This document shows, in pieces, positions 57,527 through 64,000 of a stretch of 64,000 nucleotides of DNA. Position 1 is the stretch's first letter, and the number at the start of each line of letters is the position of its first letter. Position numbers and translations under genes: made by a program. The stretch is from an uncultured Alphaproteobacteria bacterium (GTDB lineage: Bacteria; Pseudomonadota; Alphaproteobacteria; HIMB59), in contig CACABO010000003.1 of assembly GCA_902530745.1 (NCBI GenBank), forward strand, positions 53,397 through 117,396, given 5' to 3'. The notes under the pieces are model-generated. The model ran no database searches. It saw nothing but the letters and a program-made list of their open reading frames with translations, and was not told where the DNA came from.

Positions 57527-58662
57527 AAAAAATAAGATTATCATCACTTTTCTCACAATTATTATTACTAATTTTTGTTATTGCATGGATAGCTCCAACT
57601 TTTGGACTATTTATTAGTTCTCTCAGAGATAAAGATGTTCTTGCAATTAGTGGATGGTGGACTTCTTTTACTACAACAGAAGTAAATGAAATATATCGAA
57701 CTGAAGGAAAAGATGCTCAAGTCAAAGAGGGAGACTACTATTTTATTAAAAGTAATTTATTTGGAGAAAAGAAAGGAAAAGAAATATTTCGATTTGGTGT
57801 CACATCAAAAAATATTGATGAATATCAAGTAGGCGAGTCTGCATTATTTAAAGATGGAACAGAAATTACAGTATTGGAAAATGGTGACTATATATGGAAA
57901 TCACAAGAAGAATTTAAAAAGAAGAAAGGTAAAAGGGTATTTGTATCAGCTAAAAGCCCTCCGAGTTTTACTTTGGACAATTATAAAGAGGTTTTATTTA
58001 AAGAGGGTTTAGGACAAGCTTTTCTTAACACTTTTGCTGTTGCGCTACCATCTACCTTGATACCATTAATTATTTGTTCTTTTTTTGCCTATGCCCTTAC
58101 TTGGATGAAGTTTTATGGTCGTGATATTTTACTAGCAACAATAATCGCATCTCTTGTTGTTCCATTACAGATGTCATTAATACCTATTCTTACTATTTAT
58201 AATGACTTTGGTGCTTTATTTGGAGTTGCTGCAAAATCATATCCTGGTATTTGGATGGCTCACACAGGCTTTGGTTTAGCATCTACAACATTTTTATTAT
58301 GGAATTTTTTAAAGTCTCTTCCGCAAGAAATGATGGAAGCAGCAAAAGTCGACGGTGCGACTCATTATGACACCTTTATTAAGATTGTTGTACCTTTATC
58401 TATTCCTGCTTTTGCATCTATTTTTATTCTTCAATTTTTATGGGTTTGGAATGATCTACTAGTTGGTTTAGTATTTTTAGATAAACATCCTAGTGAAATT
58501 ATTTTAACTGCAAAATTGAAAGAATTACTTGGTTCTAGAGGAGAGAATTGGGAAATACTCACAACAGGTGCATTTGTTTCAATGACAGTGCCTTTATTTA
58601 TTTTCTTTTCTCTTCAAAGATACTTTATAAGAGGATTGGTGGCAGGATCTATCAAAGGATGA
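57523..58662 (+). CDS. Glycoside ABC permease (AglG-like)
   Basis: SGWW, FTLDNY, VPLQM, EAAKVDGA, QFLWVWNDLLV, QRYFIRGL. Confidence 0.92.
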   Translation: MKKIRLSSLFSQLLLLIFVIAWIAPTFGLFISSLRDKDVLAISGWWTSFTTTEVNEIYRTEGKDAQVKEGDYYFIKSNLFGEKKGKEIFRFGVTSKNIDEYQVGESALFKDGTEITVLENGDYIWKSQEEFKKKKGKRVFVSAKSPPSFTLDNYKEVLFKEGLGQAFLNTFAVALPSTLIPLIICSFFAYALTWMKFYGRDILLATIIASLVVPLQMSLIPILTIYNDFGALFGVAAKSYPGIWMAHTGFGLASTTFLLWNFLKSLPQEMMEAAKVDGATHYDTFIKIVVPLSIPAFASIFILQFLWVWNDLLVGLVFLDKHPSEIILTAKLKELLGSRGENWEILTTGAFVSMTVPLFIFFSLQRYFIRGLVAGSIKG

Positions 58663-59975
58663 GTAATAGAATAGTAATCATTGGTGCAGGAAGTACAAAC
58701 TTTGGTCTGGGTATTGTTGGTGATTTTTTTAAATCCAAAATTTTATCCGGCTCAACTTTAGTACTTCATGATATCAATCCAGAAATGCTTAAAAATACCT
58801 ATGAAATTGCACTCACTTACAAAGAAAAACTTGATGTAAACTTTAATATTGAGTCAACAACTTCGCTATCTGATGCACTAAAAAAAGCTGATTTTTGTTT
58901 AATATCAATTGAAGTCGGTAATAGATTTGAACTGTGGGAACAAGATTGGAAAGTGCCTCTGCAATACGGCATCAAGCAAGTTTATGGAGAAAATGGAGGC
59001 GCTGGTGGATTATTTCATGCAATGCGTCAAGTTCCAGCAATAATCAAAATATGTGAAGATATTGAAAAAATTTGCCCAGAGGCTTTTGTGTTTAGTTACT
59101 CAAATCCTATGCAAAGAATTTGCCATGCATTAAATACTCGTTTCCCAAATTTAAGAATTACTGGGTTGTGTCATGAGATTGCTTCAATGACTCGCCAGCT
59201 CCCTACATTAATGGAAACTGATATAGATAATATTGAATTTGAAGCGGGGGGTTTAAATCATTTAAGCATTTTACTAAGTGCCAAATATAAAGACTCTGGT
59301 AAGGACGGATATCCCTCTATTAATAAAAACTTTGATAATTATTATTCTAATTTGGTTAATGATCATGAAGGGTTTTTTTCAAATGCTGGTGCTGAGAGGG
59401 GTTTATTTTTTGAATTATTTAAAAAATATGGTTACCTCCCAATTACAACAGATAGTCATTTAGGAGAATATATACCTTGGGCCTATAGTGTAGTAGATCA
59501 TGATGGAATTTTAGACTTTTATGATAAATATAAAAAAAGGTGTTTGGCTTTTTTTTCTAATGACGGTTATGAAAAATTTTTTGATATGAGCCATCCTGAA
59601 CCTCACGAAAGAGCTATACCTATTATCGAGAGTATTGTTGAAGACTTAAATATGCTAGAGCATGCTGTAAATATAAGAAACAATAATTTTATTGATTGTC
59701 TTCCAAATGATATTGTAGTTGAAGTACCAGCAATAATTAATAAAACTGGCATACACGGAATTAAATTAGAAAACTATCCTAACTCTTTTGGCTCTCTTCT
59801 TAATTCACAAGTTGGCACAATACGATTAACAACAAAGGCTATATTAAATGAGTCAAAACAAACAGCTCTTCATGCTCTTTTAGCTGATCCACTCGTTGAA
59901 AATCCAAACTCAGCTAGTTCTCTAGTAGATACAATGATAGAATTTCAAAAAGATTATTTAGGATACTTAAAATAA
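58659..59975 (+). CDS. Family 4 glycoside hydrolase (NAD/Mn-dependent alpha-galactosidase/glucosidase)
   Basis: ATG 58659 (ATGA overlap with the permease). IIGAGS, GENGGAGG, YSNP, GLCH, GLNH, VEVP. Confidence 0.9.
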   Translation: MSNRIVIIGAGSTNFGLGIVGDFFKSKILSGSTLVLHDINPEMLKNTYEIALTYKEKLDVNFNIESTTSLSDALKKADFCLISIEVGNRFELWEQDWKVPLQYGIKQVYGENGGAGGLFHAMRQVPAIIKICEDIEKICPEAFVFSYSNPMQRICHALNTRFPNLRITGLCHEIASMTRQLPTLMETDIDNIEFEAGGLNHLSILLSAKYKDSGKDGYPSINKNFDNYYSNLVNDHEGFFSNAGAERGLFFELFKKYGYLPITTDSHLGEYIPWAYSVVDHDGILDFYDKYKKRCLAFFSNDGYEKFFDMSHPEPHERAIPIIESIVEDLNMLEHAVNIRNNNFIDCLPNDIVVEVPAIINKTGIHGIKLENYPNSFGSLLNSQVGTIRLTTKAILNESKQTALHALLADPLVENPNSASSLVDTMIEFQKDYLGYLK

Positions 59976-59980
59976 CATAA

Positions 59981-61309
59981 TTGGATAATTTCTCTTTTTT
60001 AAAGGATTTCCCCTCTAACTTTATCTTTGGCACTGCAACTTCATCTTATCAAATTGAGGGAAATCAATATGGCGGTTGTGGCAAATCTATATGGGATGAT
60101 TTTGCTAAAAGAAAATTAAATGGGATAGATGGTTTAAATGCTTGTAATCATTATGAATATTTTGAAGAGGATATAAAACTAATTAAAGATCTTGGGTTTA
60201 GGGCTTATCGATTTTCATTTTCATGGCCAAGACTATATCCTGAAAACAATCGAGAGTTAAACAATGAAGGTGTTGATTTCTATCACAGACTTTTAAATAA
60301 AATTTTAGAAAATGGCTTAGAGCCTTTTCCTACACTTTACCATTGGGATTTGCCAATTCGTTTTTCACACATTGAGGGTTGGGAAAACAGAGATACTTGT
60401 AAGCATTTTGCTGATTTTTCTTATTTTATATCAAAACAATATGGTGACTTGTTTAAAAAGATTGCAACCATTAACGAGCCGTGGTGTGTTTCATGGCTTA
60501 GCCATTATTTAGGTGAACATGCACCAGGTAAAAAAAATATTAAATCTGCTACAACGACTATGCACAATATTTTGTTAGCACATGGTTGGTCTGTTGAGGC
60601 TTTAAGAGTGAATAAGTCTCATGAAATAGGGATTGTATTAAATAACCAGTATGCAGAACCCTTAGATCAACAAGATGAAAATATAAATGCAACAAAATTA
60701 TTTGATAGTATTCACAATAGATGGTTTTCTGATGCTATTTTTAAAGGAAAATATCCTGAGTTAGCCTTAAGTGTTTTGGAGAAGCACTTACCCGAAAACT
60801 ATGAAAGTGATTTAAAAAAAATATCTTGTGGCCTTAATTGGATTGGTTTGAATTACTACACAAGATCGATTATAAAATTTGAAAAGTCTGAAGATAATAT
60901 TAATTATAAAACACTTAGAGGATCTCTAAAAAAAACTGACATGGACTGGGAATTTTTTCCTAAAGGATTGAGTTATTTTATAAAAAGAATAAACAATGAA
61001 TATGATAATAAAATTCCAATATATATTACTGAAAATGGAATGGCTAATAATGATAAATTGGATTCAAATGGAGAGGTTAATGACTCAGATAGAATAGAAT
61101 TTTTTAATTTGCATTTGAGGGAAATTTTAAATTGTATAAATGATGGATTACCTGTTATGGGATATTTTGCTTGGTCTCTACTTGATAATTACGAGTGGGC
61201 TTTTGGCTATTCAAAAAGATTTGGTTTAGTCTATGTAGATTTTGATAGTTATAAAAGAGTTCCAAAAAAATCCTATTACGAATTTTCAAAAAACTTGTTT
61301 CAAGTTTAA
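59981..61309 (+). CDS. Family 1 glycoside hydrolase (beta-glucosidase)
   Basis: FGTATSSYQIEG, YRFSFSWPR, TLYHWDLP, TINEP, ITENG, WSLLDNYEW. Confidence 0.95.
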   Translation: MDNFSFLKDFPSNFIFGTATSSYQIEGNQYGGCGKSIWDDFAKRKLNGIDGLNACNHYEYFEEDIKLIKDLGFRAYRFSFSWPRLYPENNRELNNEGVDFYHRLLNKILENGLEPFPTLYHWDLPIRFSHIEGWENRDTCKHFADFSYFISKQYGDLFKKIATINEPWCVSWLSHYLGEHAPGKKNIKSATTTMHNILLAHGWSVEALRVNKSHEIGIVLNNQYAEPLDQQDENINATKLFDSIHNRWFSDAIFKGKYPELALSVLEKHLPENYESDLKKISCGLNWIGLNYYTRSIIKFEKSEDNINYKTLRGSLKKTDMDWEFFPKGLSYFIKRINNEYDNKIPIYITENGMANNDKLDSNGEVNDSDRIEFFNLHLREILNCINDGLPVMGYFAWSLLDNYEWAFGYSKRFGLVYVDFDSYKRVPKKSYYEFSKNLFQV

Positions 61310-61372
61310 TGACTAAACCTATAGTCATTGTTTTATATTAATGCAAAAAAATGCTAAAGTTTTCAACGTATA

Positions 61373-62404
61373 ATGGCTAATGTAACTCTTAAAAATATAA
61401 GAAAAAACTATGATAAAACTGAGGTAATTCATGGTGTAGATCTTGATATAAACTCTGGGGAATTCATAGTTTTTGTTGGACCATCAGGTTGTGGGAAGTC
61501 CACACTCCTTAGAATGATAGCCGGCCTAGAGGATATTACAGAAGGTGAAATATCAATAGGTGGAGAGATTGTAAATAAAATTATCGCAGCAGAAAGAGGT
61601 GTTGCGATGGTTTTTCAATCTTATGCACTGTACCCTCACATGACAGTTTTTGATAATATGGCATTTGCTCTTAAACAGGCTAAAACTCCGGTCGATGAAA
61701 TACAAAGAAGAGTTAAAGAGGCAGCGAAAATTTTACAAATTGAAAATTTATTTGAAAGACTTCCAAAGCAACTATCAGGTGGGCAGAGACAGCGTGTGGC
61801 GATTGGTAGAGCAATTGTAAGAGACCCAAAAGTTTTTTTATTTGATGAGCCTTTATCTAATTTAGATGCAGCACTTCGAGTTCAAACAAGAATTGAAATA
61901 GCTAAACTTCATAATCAGTTAACTGCTACGATGATATATGTTACTCATGATCAAGTTGAAGCAATGACTCTAGCAGATAGAATTGTTGTTATAAATCAGG
62001 GTATCATTGAACAAGTTGGAACGCCAGTTGAACTTTATAATTCTCCAACAAACCAATTCGTAGCTGAATTTATTGGCTCCCCTAAAATGAATATGATTAA
62101 TTTACAAGATATACGAAGTCTAAATTTAAAAAATCTTAATGTTCCAAGTGAAGCTAGCAAAATAGGAATAAGACCTGAACACATTAGTTTAGCAAATAAT
62201 GACTCTCATAAACTTAGAGGCACTGTCAGACATATAGAAAATTTAGGTGAACACTTATTGTGTTATGTCAATCTTGAAATGAATAGTGAGATCACAGCTA
62301 AACTTGACGTAAATAGTGATATCAGAGTTAATGAAATTATTAATTTAAATTGGCATCAAGATCATCAACACTTTTTTGACTCTATGGGTTTTTCGATAAA
62401 TTAA
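61373..62404 (+). CDS. Carbohydrate ABC transporter ATPase (AglK/MalK family)
   Basis: [36 protein letters not shown]. Confidence 0.95.
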   Translation: MANVTLKNIRKNYDKTEVIHGVDLDINSGEFIVFVGPSGCGKSTLLRMIAGLEDITEGEISIGGEIVNKIIAAERGVAMVFQSYALYPHMTVFDNMAFALKQAKTPVDEIQRRVKEAAKILQIENLFERLPKQLSGGQRQRVAIGRAIVRDPKVFLFDEPLSNLDAALRVQTRIEIAKLHNQLTATMIYVTHDQVEAMTLADRIVVINQGIIEQVGTPVELYNSPTNQFVAEFIGSPKMNMINLQDIRSLNLKNLNVPSEASKIGIRPEHISLANNDSHKLRGTVRHIENLGEHLLCYVNLEMNSEITAKLDVNSDIRVNEIINLNWHQDHQHFFDSMGFSIN

Positions 62405-62406
62405 CA

Positions 62407-64000
62407 ATGTCTGATAATCCTGAACTAGGGGTATGTTATTATCCAGAACATTGGTCAGAGGATTTGTGGATAACTGATGCAAAAAATATACAAAAAAATG
62501 GTATTAAATGGGTTCGAATAGCTGAATTTGCTTGGTCTCGTATAGAGCCTAACCCTGGAGATTTCAATTGGAATTGGCTGGATAAAATTGTGGATATCTT
62601 GGGTAGTAACAATCTCAAGATTATAATGTGCACACCCACTGCAACTCCTCCAAAGTGGTTAGTAGACCAAATGCCCGATATGGTTGCACTTGATGAAAAT
62701 GGTCAAGCTAGGAAATTTGGATCGAGAAGGCATTATTCTTTTTCACATAAAGGCTATCAAAAAGAAAGTCAGCGGATCACTCAAGCAGTGGCAGAGAGAT
62801 ATGGTCAAAATAAATATGTACAAGCGTGGCAAACAGACAATGAGTATGGTTGTCATGAAACAACTTACTCTTGGTGTAAATCTTCTTTAACTGAATTTAG
62901 AGTATGGCTTAAAAAAAAATATAAAAATATTGATGATCTTAATAAGTCTTGGGGTAATGTTTTTTGGTCTATGGAATATCGTTCATTTGATGAAATTGAT
63001 CTTCCCAATCTTACTGTTACAGAGGCAAATCCATCACATAATTTTGATTTTCGAAAATTTTGTTCTGAGCAAGTTAAAAATTTTAATTCTCAACAAGTAA
63101 AAATATTAAATAAATATTCTCCAGGACGACCTGTAAGTCATAATTATATGGGGCACTTTGTAGAATTTGATCATAGAGAAGTATCTAAAGATTTAGATAT
63201 TACCGCTTGGAATAGTTATCCTTTAGGTAATCTTCAAAATATGCAAATTATTGCTAGAAAAGATAAAAAACTTATCAATGATTGTTACAATATTGGTGAT
63301 CCTGATTTTCAATCATACCATCATGATCTTTATCGAGGAATGGGTCGGTTATGGATTATGGAACAACAACCAGGGCCAGTAAATTGGGCCAGATATAATC
63401 CTGTTCCCATACCTGGTGCAGTTAGAATGTGGACATGGGAGGCATTTGCTCATAATGCAGAAGTTGTAAGCTATTTTAGATGGAGACAAGCACCCTTTGC
63501 TCAAGAGCAAATGCATTCAGGTCTTATGTTAAGAGATAATTCTCCTAATATTGGTAGTCAAGAAGTAATGCAAGTAAGTAAAGAGATTCAAATGATCAAC
63601 TTGCCAAAAACTGAAAATTCGGAAATAGCTTTAATGCACGATTACGAAGCTTGTTGGATGACAGAGCTGGATGGGCAAACAGCAGATTTTCACTATACGC
63701 GTTTGATGCTTGATTTTTATAAGTCAGTTAGGGTTAACGGAGGCTCACTGGACATTATTGGTAAAAATGATGATTTTAGAGGATATAAGTTAATTATTAT
63801 TCCATCTTTTGTTCATTTAGATGATAAAGTTTTTCAAAAAATTGTCTCTTCAGGAGCGAAAATATTAGCCGGCCCTCGAACAGGAATTAAAAATTCAAAT
63901 TTCCAGATACCAGAAAATTTAAGTTTGGAGGGTCTAGGATATCAAGTCACAAGAGTGGATGCATTATCATATGATCTTCCAATTAAAGTTGATTGGAAAG
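62407..64000 (+). CDS. Family 42 beta-galactosidase, 3' end outside the window
   Basis: Translated by hand: MSDNPELGVCYYPEHW, AEFAWS, TPTATPPKW, WQTDNEYGC, MEQQPGPVNW, YFRWR. Absent from the ORF track because it runs off the end. Confidence 0.92.
   Translation, partial: MSDNPELGVCYYPEHWSEDLWITDAKNIQKNGIKWVRIAEFAWSRIEPNPGDFNWNWLDKIVDILGSNNLKIIMCTPTATPPKWLVDQMPDMVALDENGQARKFGSRRHYSFSHKGYQKESQRITQAVAERYGQNKYVQAWQTDNEYGCHETTYSWCKSSLTEFRVWLKKKYKNIDDLNKSWGNVFWSMEYRSFDEIDLPNLTVTEANPSHNFDFRKFCSEQVKNFNSQQVKILNKYSPGRPVSHNYMGHFVEFDHREVSKDLDITAWNSYPLGNLQNMQIIARKDKKLINDCYNIGDPDFQSYHHDLYRGMGRLWIMEQQPGPVNWARYNPVPIPGAVRMWTWEAFAHNAEVVSYFRWRQAPFAQEQMHSGLMLRDNSPNIGSQEVMQVSKEIQMINLPKTENSEIALMHDYEACWMTELDGQTADFHYTRLMLDFYKSVRVNGGSLDIIGKNDDFRGYKLIIIPSFVHLDDKVFQKIVSSGAKILAGPRTGIKNSNFQIPENLSLEGLGYQVTRVDALSYDLPIKVDWK

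Noticed and set aside
267-62890. Numerous 60-134 aa ORFs antisense or out of frame within confident genes (e.g. 267-551, 12056-12337, 34391-34795, 50439-50852, 62439-62639, 62684-62890)
   Set aside because: Shadow ORFs lying wholly or almost wholly inside well-supported genes, with no motifs or RBS.
1-64000. CRISPR array, rRNA, tRNA, integrase or transposase
   Set aside because: I saw no regularly spaced repeats, cloverleaf or rRNA-like segments, or recombinase/transposase motifs, and the intergenic gaps are mostly too short. This was by eye, so a small RNA could be missed.

Overview
AT-rich, tightly packed bacterial DNA. It is most consistent with a streamlined marine alphaproteobacterium (SAR11-like or HIMB59/AEGEAN-169-like; this is inferred from gene order and composition, not from a search). 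1-10.9 kb: core block kdsD-lptC-lptA-lptB-aroA-rpsA-ihfB-pyrF-trpF-trpB-trpA-accD-folC, with no cmk. 11-23 kb: redox, metal and repair genes (DCC, GST, DUF4198/HupE-UreJ, gamma-glutamylcyclotransferase with pxpABC, a two-gene photolyase, acyl-CoA ligase, FadN). 23.1-24.6 kb: a GC-rich four-ORF orphan cassette with a frameshift at an A8 run and a hairpin-rich leader. 24.6-30.5 kb: divergent cluster with an M48 protease-TerB fusion, YqhA, a DUF2167-like protein, a PrsW protease and a pentameric ligand-gated ion channel. 31.8-52.7 kb: polyol/rare-sugar island made of two mirror-image modules, each with a SorC regulator, ABC transporter, SDR and Zn-dehydrogenase. The two SDRs are about 82% identical but carry opposite cofactor fingerprints (NADP versus NAD), each module has its own paired-palindrome operators, and the island has no kinase. 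53.7-55 kb: minimal CsoR copper module. 55-64 kb: glycoside ABC transporter with GH4, GH1 and GH42 hydrolases. I saw no rRNA, tRNA, CRISPR array, integrase or transposase. All product calls come from recognising motifs by eye; no database search was run.
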